Assembly (NCBI GenBank): GCA_045658985.1
Contig: JAZOWC010000068.1
Location: forward strand, 464 to 64,463
DNA: 64,000 bases
Origin: Oscillospiraceae bacterium
Lineage (GTDB): Bacteria > Bacillota > Clostridia > Oscillospirales > Butyricicoccaceae
Direction of reading: 5' to 3'
The notes beneath the pieces are model-generated. The model did not search any database. It was not told the DNA's origin and saw only the letters and a list, made by a program, of their open reading frames with translations. Below, piece after piece: positions 53,275 to 64,000 of this stretch (position 1 is its first letter; each line of letters opens with the position of its first letter). The translations under genes and the position numbers were made by a program.

Positions 53275-54840
53275 TTATTCCTCTCTAAGGATGATTTTGC
53301 CCAGACGCTTGCCGTTGTGAACAGCGTTCTCAACAACGACCTCGCCTGCCATCAGGACATAGTTGAGTCCCTCGGCACGCTTCTGGCAATCGGTAAACTC
53401 GCTGCGGTCGATGATCTTGTCGGGATCGAAGATGCACAGGTCGGCATCAAAGCCTTCCCACACCAGACCCTTGGAGCGCAGGTTGTAGACTGCGGCGGGC
53501 ATTGCGGTCATCTTGCGGATCATCTCGGGCATGGAAACCACACCCTTTTCGCGGCAGAATCTGCCCAGTGCGCGGGGGAAGGAGCCCTTGTTGCGGGGGT
53601 GGAAGACGGTTGCATTGCCTGCAACGCCGCCGTCGGTGCAGATCATTGCGCGGTCATATGCCATGACGGTGGCGATGTCTTCTTCGCAGATGGTGAAGTA
53701 GCAGGCTGTGCCGCCCATATTGTCGCTGGTGAGGATCTCAAAGACCATATCGTACTCATCTCTGCCCTCTTTTTCTGCGATCTTGTCCATACGCATACCC
53801 AGATACTGGGGATAGGAGCCGCTGCGGGCAAGCTGTACCCAGCTGAGGTCTCTGCCCCATTTTTTGAGGTTCCACTGGAGGATCTCCTCGCGCTTCTGAG
53901 GATCATTGAGCTGCTCGATCTGTGCAGCGGCGCTCTGTGCGCGGAAGGGGCCGGGCAGGAAGGTAGATGCCAGACCCGTGTGGGATGCGTGGTAGGGGTA
54001 TACGTCGCAGTAGATCTCCACGCCCTGCTCGTTGGCTTCCTTGAGCATACGGATGGTGTGGCTGACCTTGCCCCATGTCTCGTCACGGGTTGCGGCCTTG
54101 TGGTGAGACAGCACGCCTCTGGCGCCCGACTCACGGATGATGGTGATAAACTCCTTGACAGCCTTGATGAGGTAGTCGCCCTCGTCACGGATGTGTGCGG
54201 CAACAACTGCGTTGTACTCGCCTGCTACCTTGGCGATCTCGATGAGCTCGTCGGTCTCGGCATAGCAGCCGGGGGTGTAAATGAGGCCCAGCGACAGACC
54301 CAGTGCGCCTGCTTCGATGCCCTCGCGCAGGAGGGATTTCATTTTCTCAAGCTCCTCGGCGGTAGGCTTGCGGTCTGCAACGCCCATAACGGCACGGCGG
54401 AGAGAGCCGTGACCTACCAGCATGCAGACGTTGCTGCCCTGGGGGACCTTCTGTGCATTCTCGAGGAAGGAGCCCATGGTCTTGTATACGTCGCACTCGG
54501 GGCCGAAGCCCTCGATATTCTTGATCTTCTCGGCGGGAACGTCCTTGCCGTAGGGTGCCTGAGAGCCGCCGCACTGACCTGCGATGGTGGTGGTGATGCC
54601 CTGCTCGATCTTCTCGCGCTGATCGGGGAAAGAGAATATGGCAGAGTCATTGTGTCCGTGAGAATCTATAAAGCCGGGGGTTACTACCAGACCCTGTGCG
54701 TCCAGGATGTCTTTTGTGTCGCCGCGGATGCCTTTTTTGACCTTGACGATCTTTCCATCCTTGATGGCAACGTCGGCAAAATAGGAGGGAGAACCGGTAC
54801 CGTCGATAATTCTTCCGTTTTTGATAATAAGATCGTACAT
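53275..54840 (-). CDS. D-aminoacylase family amidohydrolase, paralog 2
   Basis: GFIDSHGHND, AGQCGGS, AHIRDEGD, LSHHK, CTDGG. 521 aa. Confidence 0.8.
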   Translation of the reverse strand: MYDLIIKNGRIIDGTGSPSYFADVAIKDGKIVKVKKGIRGDTKDILDAQGLVVTPGFIDSHGHNDSAIFSFPDQREKIEQGITTTIAGQCGGSQAPYGKDVPAEKIKNIEGFGPECDVYKTMGSFLENAQKVPQGSNVCMLVGHGSLRRAVMGVADRKPTAEELEKMKSLLREGIEAGALGLSLGLIYTPGCYAETDELIEIAKVAGEYNAVVAAHIRDEGDYLIKAVKEFITIIRESGARGVLSHHKAATRDETWGKVSHTIRMLKEANEQGVEIYCDVYPYHASHTGLASTFLPGPFRAQSAAAQIEQLNDPQKREEILQWNLKKWGRDLSWVQLARSGSYPQYLGMRMDKIAEKEGRDEYDMVFEILTSDNMGGTACYFTICEEDIATVMAYDRAMICTDGGVAGNATVFHPRNKGSFPRALGRFCREKGVVSMPEMIRKMTAMPAAVYNLRSKGLVWEGFDADLCIFDPDKIIDRSEFTDCQKRAEGLNYVLMAGEVVVENAVHNGKRLGKIILREE

Positions 54841-54849
54841 ATTTTCACC

Positions 54850-56391
54850 TTATGCCTTTCTGATAGGTTTGCCTGCCAGAGCGCCGTTGTACTTGTCGTG
54901 CTCGACGGTGATAACGCCGTTGACCAGCACGTATTCAACACCCACGTTGGGCTTGCCGGGTTCAACAAAAGTGGAGAGGGGGCCGTACTTGTCAGCATCG
55001 ATGATGCAGATGTCTGCGTCTCTGCCCACCTCAAGCAGACCCTTGGTGTTGAGGTCATAGACCTCGGCTGCCAGAGAGGTCATCTTGCGGATCATCTCCT
55101 CAAACTCAACAGCCTTGAGCTCTCTGACAAAACGGGATACGGCGCGGGGGAATGTGCCGTAGTTGCGGGGATGAGCGGGAGCGCGGGAAACGCTGCCGTC
55201 CGAGCCGATCATTGCATAGGGCTTGGAGATAACGTTCCGGACGTCCTCTTCGTTCATGGTGAACAGAACGCCGCGGCCGACGCACTCGTTGGCTGCCAGC
55301 ACGTCGAACAGAGTCTCAAACTCGTCCTTGCCGTACTTCTCTGCGGCTTCGTTGATGCGCAGACCGTTGAGCTCGCTCAGCTCGGTAAGGCCGCACATAA
55401 GGCACCAGGACAGGCCCTTTTCGTGCCAGGAATGATTGATAAATGTCTCCTCGATCCACTCGCGTGCTTCCTTGCGGTATTCGGGAGTCTTGAGCATTTC
55501 GGCGATCTTCTTCTTGCCCAGAGCCTGACGCTCGGGGGAGATAAAGGTTGCCCACAGGCTGGTGGAGCAAGCCTCATAGGGGTATACGTCGCACCAGATG
55601 GGTACACCCTGCTCGCGTGCTTCTTCGATCAGCTTGGTGGTGATCTTGGTGCGTCCCCAGTAGTTGGGGCCGCCTGCTGCTTTGTGGTGGGAGACAACGG
55701 TCTTGGCGCCGGTGCGGCGGGCGATCTCGATCATCTCCTCCACAGACTCGACCAGTCTGACACTCTCAGAACGGATGTGGCTGGAGATAACGCCGCCTCT
55801 TTCGCCAACGACCTTGCCGATCTCAACGATCTCGTCGGTGGTTGCGTATGCGCCGGGGGTGTAGTAGATGCCCAGGTTCATGCCCTTGGCGCCCTCGTCC
55901 ATGCACTTGGCCATGAGAGCCTTCATCTGCTCCATCTCCTCAGCGGTGGGGGCGCGGTTTGCCAGATCGCCCATAACCATATCGCGGATGGTGCTGTGGC
56001 CTGCCAGCAGAACTACGTTGCTGCCCAGACCGCTCTCCTCCAGAGCATCAAACCAATCCTTGACGGTCTTGCGCTTTTCGTAATTCTTGGCATCACACTT
56101 GCCGCAGGGAGCGTCGGAGCCGCCGCACTGGCCGCCGATGATGGTGGTAACGCCCTGAAGCACGATGTTGTCCATATCGGGCATCTCAAGCACACTGCCG
56201 TCGCCGTGGCTGTGAGAATCGATAAAACCGGGTGTTGCGGTCAGGCCGGTGGCGTCGATGATCTGCTTTGCCTCGCCCTCTACTTTGCCCATTGCGGCGA
56301 TCTTGCCGTCCTTGACAGCGATGTCGCCCTGATAGCCTTTTTTGCCGCTGCCGTCTACGATATTGGCGTTCTTAATGATAATATCAAACAT
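54850..56391 (-). CDS. D-aminoacylase family amidohydrolase, paralog 1 (most divergent)
   Basis: Start taken at the ATG at 56391 (MFDIIIKNANIVDG) with an AAAGAGG RBS. GFIDSHSHGD, GGQCGGS, SHIRSES, VSHHK, GSDGS. Confidence 0.8.
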   Translation of the reverse strand: MFDIIIKNANIVDGSGKKGYQGDIAVKDGKIAAMGKVEGEAKQIIDATGLTATPGFIDSHSHGDGSVLEMPDMDNIVLQGVTTIIGGQCGGSDAPCGKCDAKNYEKRKTVKDWFDALEESGLGSNVVLLAGHSTIRDMVMGDLANRAPTAEEMEQMKALMAKCMDEGAKGMNLGIYYTPGAYATTDEIVEIGKVVGERGGVISSHIRSESVRLVESVEEMIEIARRTGAKTVVSHHKAAGGPNYWGRTKITTKLIEEAREQGVPIWCDVYPYEACSTSLWATFISPERQALGKKKIAEMLKTPEYRKEAREWIEETFINHSWHEKGLSWCLMCGLTELSELNGLRINEAAEKYGKDEFETLFDVLAANECVGRGVLFTMNEEDVRNVISKPYAMIGSDGSVSRAPAHPRNYGTFPRAVSRFVRELKAVEFEEMIRKMTSLAAEVYDLNTKGLLEVGRDADICIIDADKYGPLSTFVEPGKPNVGVEYVLVNGVITVEHDKYNGALAGKPIRKA

Positions 56392-56437
56392 AATTTTTAC
56401 CTCTTTCAGTGATTTTTCTGTGTTTTCGGTGATTTTG

Positions 56438-56487
56438 AAAAAAGAGGACCCAAACAAACGCATTTTCCCGTTTGCCTGAATCCTCTT
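56438..56487 (-). terminator. Imperfect hairpin plus T-run between the PrpD-like gene and the first D-aminoacylase (possible attenuator)
   Basis: Minus strand reads AAGAGGA-ttcagg-CAAACG-ggaaaatg-CGTTTG-tttggg-TCCTCTTTTTTC, within the only long (104-nt) gap of the operon. Confidence 0.4.
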
Positions 56488-56495
56488 GTTTTTGT

Positions 56496-57839
56496 TTATC
56501 GGTCGGTCCAGTTTTCCTTGCGGTTTACGAGAGCAACGATGTCACGGACCTTGACGTTGAGGTCGCCCTTGAGCACTTCCATAATGTCCTTGAGAGCCTT
56601 CTCGGTCATAACAGCCTTGCTCATACGCATAAACTTCTCCTCGATCCACTCAAAGCCGAAGCCCTCGTGTGCCTCGCCTCTGGGCTCGCACAGGCCGCCT
56701 TCCAGCACGGTGCCGTCCTTGAGGGTGATGACAGCCTTGCAGCAGCGGTGCTCGGGGAACATTGCGTCGATCTCGTCGTCCTTTTCAAAGCTCAGGCGGC
56801 TCATCATCTCGATGACTCTGGGATCGCCCAGGTTCTCGTCTCTGGCCTGCTCAAAGCCGAAGTCGCCCCATACGATACCGCAGGCGGTGGGATATGCGAT
56901 GTTGTACTGGGATTCGTCGGTGGTCTTGGGAACGATCTTGGACAGACGGGTTGCCTGATAGAAGGTCTTGATGACGACTTTTTCGATATCCTGCCACTTG
57001 ATGCCGTGGTCTCTCATCAGGAATACGACGGCGTCGATTGCGGGGTGACCCCAGCGGCAGCCTGCGTAGGGTTTGAAGTACAGATCCAAGATCTCGTACT
57101 TTTTGCCCAGATCGTCGGCGTACTTCTTGTACTCCTCGCCGTCCATCAGGTGGCAGTTGGAAACGAAGCCGCACTTCTCGGAGGCCATTGCCATAGCACC
57201 GACCATAGCGCCGTAAGGAACACCGTCCTTGTTCATGGAGGGGTACTCAACACTTCTGCCGCCGGGAGCGAAGGGGCTGTTGAACTCGGCGATTGCCAGA
57301 GCGTTGTTCAGTCTCTCTCTGTCCCAGCCCTTGAGCTTGCCTGCGCCTGCTACGATACCCCAGGGTCCGAAGGAGCCGCTGGAATGGTAGTAGTTGTTGT
57401 AGTGCTCGATCATGGCGGCGCCCGAACGGATGGTGGTCTCGTAGGCGGCTACCAGAGCCTCAAGCAGCTCTTTGTATGTGCTGTCCTCTTCCCAAGCGGC
57501 GGCAAGAATACCGCTGATGAATGCTGTACCGGGATGAGCACGGATGATCTTGTGTCCGTCGTCAAGGTCGTAGGCGTTGGAGGAGTGACCCATGGCGGTG
57601 GTTGCACCGTAGTAGTTGAAGGTCTCCTGAATGCCGATTACGGGGATATCGCCCTTGCCGAACATTTCTTTTGCAGTCTTGACGCCTGCATCGAACTGTG
57701 CGCTGTGGCTGCCCAGGATCAGAGCATTCAGCAGGTCGGCAAAGCACATCTTTGCTCTCTCCTGAACCTTCTCGGGCAGGTTCTCCCATTTGAGGTTGAT
57801 GATAAAGTCCTCAAACTTGTAGTCTCTCGAATAAATCAT
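56496..57839 (-). CDS. MmgE/PrpD-family protein (2-methylcitrate dehydratase superfamily, function not assignable)
   Basis: 447 aa. The N-terminal pattern ...LPEKVQERAKMCFADLLNALILGS... and HSSNAYDLDDGH... are typical of MmgE/PrpD. GGAGAG RBS. Confidence 0.75.
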   Translation of the reverse strand: MIYSRDYKFEDFIINLKWENLPEKVQERAKMCFADLLNALILGSHSAQFDAGVKTAKEMFGKGDIPVIGIQETFNYYGATTAMGHSSNAYDLDDGHKIIRAHPGTAFISGILAAAWEEDSTYKELLEALVAAYETTIRSGAAMIEHYNNYYHSSGSFGPWGIVAGAGKLKGWDRERLNNALAIAEFNSPFAPGGRSVEYPSMNKDGVPYGAMVGAMAMASEKCGFVSNCHLMDGEEYKKYADDLGKKYEILDLYFKPYAGCRWGHPAIDAVVFLMRDHGIKWQDIEKVVIKTFYQATRLSKIVPKTTDESQYNIAYPTACGIVWGDFGFEQARDENLGDPRVIEMMSRLSFEKDDEIDAMFPEHRCCKAVITLKDGTVLEGGLCEPRGEAHEGFGFEWIEEKFMRMSKAVMTEKALKDIMEVLKGDLNVKVRDIVALVNRKENWTDR

Positions 57840-57888
57840 TATGTTTCTCTCCTCACATAATAATAGTTTTTATTTACATCTGCCATTG

Positions 57889-57918
57889 ATTTTACCATAA
57901 TACCGCCTTCAATTGCAA
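57889..57918 (-). promoter_or_regulatory. Candidate promoter of the amidohydrolase operon
   Basis: Minus strand reads TTGCAA, 18 nt, TGgTAAAAT (extended -10), about 50 nt upstream of the PrpD-like ATG. Confidence 0.5.
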
Positions 57919-57962
57919 GCCTTTTAGATATTATATTTACTTATATTTAATATAGCGTACGA

Positions 57963-57992
57963 TTGACTTTGGCGGGAGATTTATAGTATAAT
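57963..57992 (+). promoter_or_regulatory. Candidate divergent promoter of the EamA transporter pair
   Basis: TTGACT, 18 nt, TATAAT, about 40 nt upstream of the ATG at 58034. Confidence 0.5.
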
Positions 57993-58033
57993 GGTCTGCA
58001 GAAAAACTTCAGTCTCTGTGCGAGGTGTGTTAT

Positions 58034-58954
58034 ATGAATATGAAAACTCTCCGTGCCAATCTGCTTCTGGTGCTCACCGCCGCTTTGTGGGGTGCCGCAT
58101 TCGTAGCCCAGAGCACGGCTATGGACGCTATCGGCCCCTTTACCTTCAACGGTGTGCGTATGCTCATCGGCTCTCTGGTGCTTCTGCCCCTCATCTGGGT
58201 GATGAACCTGCTTGACCGCAAAAAGCCCGAGTACAAGCCTATGAAGAAAGCCGATTGGAAACTGCTGATCACCGGCGGCGTGCTCTGCGGCATCGCACTG
58301 TTTTTTGCAAGCACATTCCAGAACTACGGCATCATCTACACCACCGCAGGCAAGGCAGGCTTTATTACCACCATCTACGTTGTGCTGGTACCCATTCTTG
58401 CTCTGGTGTTCCTCAGACAGAAATCCCACTGGCTCACCTGGATCTACGCCGCGATAGCCATGGTCGGCTTCTATCTGCTGGCGCTGGGCGGCGGATTCGG
58501 CAACATCAACAAGGGCGACCTTCTGGTGCTGGTATGTGCCGTACTGTTCGCCGTACATATCCTCATCATCGACCGCTATTCCCCCCACGTTAACGGCGTT
58601 GCCCTGTCCAGCATACAGTTCTTTGTATGTGCTGTGCTGTCGCTGATAGCTGCGCTGGTTATGGAGGATATTTCTTTTGCTGATATAACCCGCGCCGCAG
58701 TACCCATTCTGTATGCGGGTATATGCTCCTGCGGCATTGCCTACACACTGCAGGTAATAGCACAGAAGGACACCGACCCCACGGTAGCTGCCCTGCTGAT
58801 GAGTCTGGAGAGCGTGTTCTCGGTGCTCTTTGGCTGGCTGATCCTCCACGAAAAACTGACCGTGAGCGAATATGCAGGCTGTGCCGTGGTATTCCTCGCC
58901 GTAGTGCTCAGCCAGATCCCTCCCGAAAAACTCAAGCTGAAAAAGAACAAATAA
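58034..58954 (+). CDS. EamA/DMT-family transporter 1
   Basis: 10-TM pattern. LTAALWGAAFVAQ and the duplicated EamA halves. GAGGTG RBS 6 nt before the ATG at 58034. Confidence 0.8.
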   Translation: MNMKTLRANLLLVLTAALWGAAFVAQSTAMDAIGPFTFNGVRMLIGSLVLLPLIWVMNLLDRKKPEYKPMKKADWKLLITGGVLCGIALFFASTFQNYGIIYTTAGKAGFITTIYVVLVPILALVFLRQKSHWLTWIYAAIAMVGFYLLALGGGFGNINKGDLLVLVCAVLFAVHILIIDRYSPHVNGVALSSIQFFVCAVLSLIAALVMEDISFADITRAAVPILYAGICSCGIAYTLQVIAQKDTDPTVAALLMSLESVFSVLFGWLILHEKLTVSEYAGCAVVFLAVVLSQIPPEKLKLKKNK

Positions 58955-59004
58955 TCTATCTGTGAAAGCTCCGTATCTGGAGCTTTCGCCTTAATCGGAG
59001 ATAT

Positions 59005-59925
59005 ATGAACAAACGTAAACTGACAGGAAACCTCATGCTGCTGGTTGCCGCTGCCGTATGGGGCGGCGGATATATCGCCAACGATGCGGCAATACAGCAT
59101 ATCGGCGTATTCACCTATGAGATGCTGCGTATGTTTCTGGGCGGGCTTCTGCTCCTCCCCCTGTGCATAGCTCTGCGCTCAAAGGAGAAAAAACGCGCCG
59201 CCTCGGAATCTCTCGCGGCCGAACCCATCCCATTCAAGCTGCTTTTTGCAGGCGGCGTTCTCTGCGGCGTGGCGCTGGTGTTTGCCTCGGCTCTGCAGGG
59301 CTTCGGCCTGCTCTACACCACCCCCGGCAAAGGCTCCTTTATAGCCGCGCTGTATATCGTCATAGTGCCCATTATCACGTCGACCCTCCACCGCAAAGCG
59401 CCCGGAATATTTATATGGCTGGGCGTTGCGGCGGCGCTGGGCGGATTTGCTCTGCTGTCTCTCAGCGGTGAAGAGGGCGGCATCAACAAGGGCGACCTGA
59501 TCATGCTGGCCTGCGCCGCGGTGTACTCGGTGCAGATATGTCTGCTGGAGCATTTTTCTCCAAAGGTCAACGGCGTGTTTCTGGCCTGCGTGGAGTTTTT
59601 TACCGCATCGCTGACGGCACTGGTGCTGGCGCTGATATTCGACGATATTTCCATCGCCACCATTGCTCGGGCGGCTCTCCCTCTGCTCTATTCGGCCGTG
59701 ATATCCTGCTGCATAGGCTTTACCCTGCAGTCGGTGGCGCTGCGCATGACCGACGCGTCGGTAGGCTCGCTGATAATGAGCCTTGAGAGCGTGTTTGCCC
59801 TGCTTTTTTCCTGGCTGATAACAAGCGAAACTCTGCTCCTGCGCGAGTACATGGGCTGTGCGCTGGTGTTTGCCGCCGTTATCCTGTCCCAGCTGCCTTC
59901 ACCAAAGCTAAGCAGGCGCAACTGA
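59005..59925 (+). CDS. EamA/DMT-family transporter 2
   Basis: Paralog of the preceding gene (LLVAAAVWGGGYIAND...). 306 aa. Confidence 0.8.
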   Translation: MNKRKLTGNLMLLVAAAVWGGGYIANDAAIQHIGVFTYEMLRMFLGGLLLLPLCIALRSKEKKRAASESLAAEPIPFKLLFAGGVLCGVALVFASALQGFGLLYTTPGKGSFIAALYIVIVPIITSTLHRKAPGIFIWLGVAAALGGFALLSLSGEEGGINKGDLIMLACAAVYSVQICLLEHFSPKVNGVFLACVEFFTASLTALVLALIFDDISIATIARAALPLLYSAVISCCIGFTLQSVALRMTDASVGSLIMSLESVFALLFSWLITSETLLLREYMGCALVFAAVILSQLPSPKLSRRN

Positions 59926-60044
59926 TATTAACAAACATTTTACGACTGTATACTGTGGAAAAATCCGTATAATAGTGTTATACTGAAAGCTAATGACAAA
60001 TCCGCCGCAAAAAGCGGCCTATCAAATATAAGGAATGATAAAAA

Positions 60045-62762
<2,718 letters not shown>

Positions 62763-62811
62763 TAAGCAAAATCTCGGGCAAAATATAAAAAAAGGAAAAG
62801 GAGAACAAACT

Positions 62812-63345
62812 ATGGAACTCAAAGGAAGCAAGACCGAACAGAACCTCCGCGCCGCATTCTCGGGCGAGAGCGAGGCAAGAAACAAGTATACCTACTTTGC
62901 ATCCGCCGCAAAAAAGGCAGGCTACGAGCAGATAGCTGACTTTTTCCTCAAGACCGCCGAGAACGAAAAAGAACACGCAAAGCTGTGGTTCAAGGCTCTC
63001 AACGGTATCGGCAACACCGAGCAGAATCTGCAGGCTGCCGCCGACGGCGAAAACTGGGAGTGGACCGATATGTACGCAAAGTTTGCCAAAGAGGCCGAGG
63101 AAGAAGGCTTCTATGAGCTGGCAAAGCAGTTCAGAGGTGTTGCCGCTATCGAAAAGAGCCACGAGGAGCGCTATCTGGCTCTGCTTAATAACCTCAAGAG
63201 CGGCACAGTATTCGCAAAGGACACCGAGCAGGTATGGGAGTGCCGCAACTGCGGTCATATGCACACCGGCGCCACCGCTCCTCAAGTCTGCCCCGTATGC
63301 AACCATCCTCAGGCATACTTCGAGCTGAGAAAAGAAAATTACTGA
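62812..63345 (+). CDS. rbr: Rubrerythrin
   Basis: The ferritin-like ExxH motifs ([16 protein letters not shown]) plus the C-terminal rubredoxin CRNCGH...CPVCNH. Confidence 0.9.
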   Translation: MELKGSKTEQNLRAAFSGESEARNKYTYFASAAKKAGYEQIADFFLKTAENEKEHAKLWFKALNGIGNTEQNLQAAADGENWEWTDMYAKFAKEAEEEGFYELAKQFRGVAAIEKSHEERYLALLNNLKSGTVFAKDTEQVWECRNCGHMHTGATAPQVCPVCNHPQAYFELRKENY

Positions 63346-63357
63346 TAAGCAAAACAC

Positions 63358-63388
63358 AAAAAAGACCGCCCGTGGGCGGTCTTTTTTG
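63358..63388 (+). terminator. rbr terminator
   Basis: AAAAAGACCGCC-CGTG-GGCGGTCTTTTTTG. Confidence 0.75.
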
Positions 63389-63544
63389 TATTGGATCATT
63401 TTTGCACGGACATGCGCCGGGCAAAAATACCGTGACCCGCCGTTTTTCCGCAGAAAAACGGTGAAACCGCACCGCAGTGCGGGGCCAAAAATGTCGAAGA
63501 GAGCCCAGCTTTGCGCAGCAAAGCGGGTCTCTGACAGCTTCACC

Positions 63545-63573
63545 AAAAAGACCGCCACAGGCGGTCTTTTTTG
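63545..63573. terminator. Second, near-identical hairpin terminator (serves the convergent gene)
   Basis: AAAAAGACCGCC-ACAG-GCGGTCTTTTTTG. The stem sequence is the same as at 63358-63388. Confidence 0.65.
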
Positions 63574-63595
63574 CTGATTATTGGAGAGGCGGCGC

Positions 63596-64000
63596 TTATC
63601 TCGCAACGTCTTTGAAAAACTCGTGCCCGAGCACGTCTTCATAATCGTGCCACTCGATATTGGGTGCATCAAAATAGGTCTGCAGAAAATCTCTCAGCTC
63701 ACCTTTTGTTGCATTGCAGGGACGCTGCACGTATTCGCCGTTTACAAGGTCATAGAAAATGCGGTATCTGGCGAGGTCGGTATCGTCCTTGGACGGTTGG
63801 GTTTCGCAAGCCAGCATAAGCTGATATTTGTACTCTGCAGGTGCAAATTGCTCCAGATAGTAATATCTGAGATCAATCATATAATCCGCATCATACATGC
63901 AGAATCCGTTGGCTTTCATCTCGAGGTCGGCAGTGCCGGCCATCAGGCCGATATACAGCTCACCGTCAACCCAGTACAGCACAAAGGGCTGTGAAGTGCT
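63596..64000 (-). CDS. Hypothetical protein, N-terminus probably beyond the window
   Basis: 128-aa ORF in the track. The frame stays open from 63982 to the window edge. No recognisable domain. Confidence 0.45.
   Translation of the reverse strand, partial: STSQPFVLYWVDGELYIGLMAGTADLEMKANGFCMYDADYMIDLRYYYLEQFAPAEYKYQLMLACETQPSKDDTDLARYRIFYDLVNGEYVQRPCNATKGELRDFLQTYFDAPNIEWHDYEDVLGHEFFKDVAR

Noticed and set aside
38275-57860. Series of long plus-strand ORFs (38275-39885, 41479-42729, 44192-46948, 46938-48554, 49965-51788, 53317-56412, 56472-57860) antisense to the SBP and hydrolase genes
   Set aside because: These are shadow ORFs. Every minus-strand partner carries family-defining catalytic motifs and sensible RBS and spacing, and the plus-strand products have none.

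Overview
This is a 64-kb chromosomal segment from a Firmicute with high GC at third codon positions. By inference it is from Clostridia, Oscillospiraceae/Ruminococcaceae-like, based on an SLH-anchored protein, a type-A-looking RNase P RNA and the gene content.

**1-6.3 kb.** This part is visibly AT-rich and looks horizontally acquired. It holds a type I restriction R subunit that runs off the window, a NucS/DUF5655-like nuclease, a small coiled-coil ORF and an XRE regulator. It also holds a 45-nt 3' half of an initiator-type tRNA-Met (att-like scar), a tyrosine recombinase lacking its N-terminal domains, and two small ORFs.

**6.3-22 kb.** This part is mostly housekeeping:
- tdk and a lipoprotein built from 78-nt Cys-rich repeats
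- a four-helix-bundle protein
- tRNA-Met(CAT) and tRNA-Ser(GGA), with odd tRNA-like debris nearby
- rnpB and murD
- four tandem M42 aminopeptidases and a YnbB-like PLP enzyme
- ruvC, a THUMP methyltransferase, hpf, an Fe-S flavoprotein and a DUF1846 protein

**22.1-57.9 kb, all on the minus strand.** This is the standout region.
- Three secreted proteins (796-aa lipoprotein, 2405-aa lipoprotein, 1908-aa SLH-anchored protein) share an Ig-like module and Listeria-Bacteroides-type repeats.
- The two giant proteins together carry about 10 SGNH-hydrolase-like modules whose canonical catalytic motifs appear degenerate.
- Next comes an orphan family-5 peptide-binding lipoprotein.
- Then a 17.5-kb, 12-gene operon made almost entirely of tandem amidohydrolase paralogs: MmgE/PrpD-like, six D-aminoacylase-like, three PepV-like M20 dipeptidases (one with an in-frame TAA) and two AbgB-like M20 enzymes.
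- Two EamA/DMT transporters are transcribed divergently from this operon.

I propose, as inference only, that this is an undescribed surface-capture plus cytoplasmic-deacylation/dipeptidase system for D-amino-acid-containing or N-acylated peptides, for example cell-wall-derived material.

**Right end.** secA, rubrerythrin and a truncated hypothetical gene.

No rRNA, CRISPR array or transposase was seen. Many very long antisense 'shadow' ORFs in the track are rejected.
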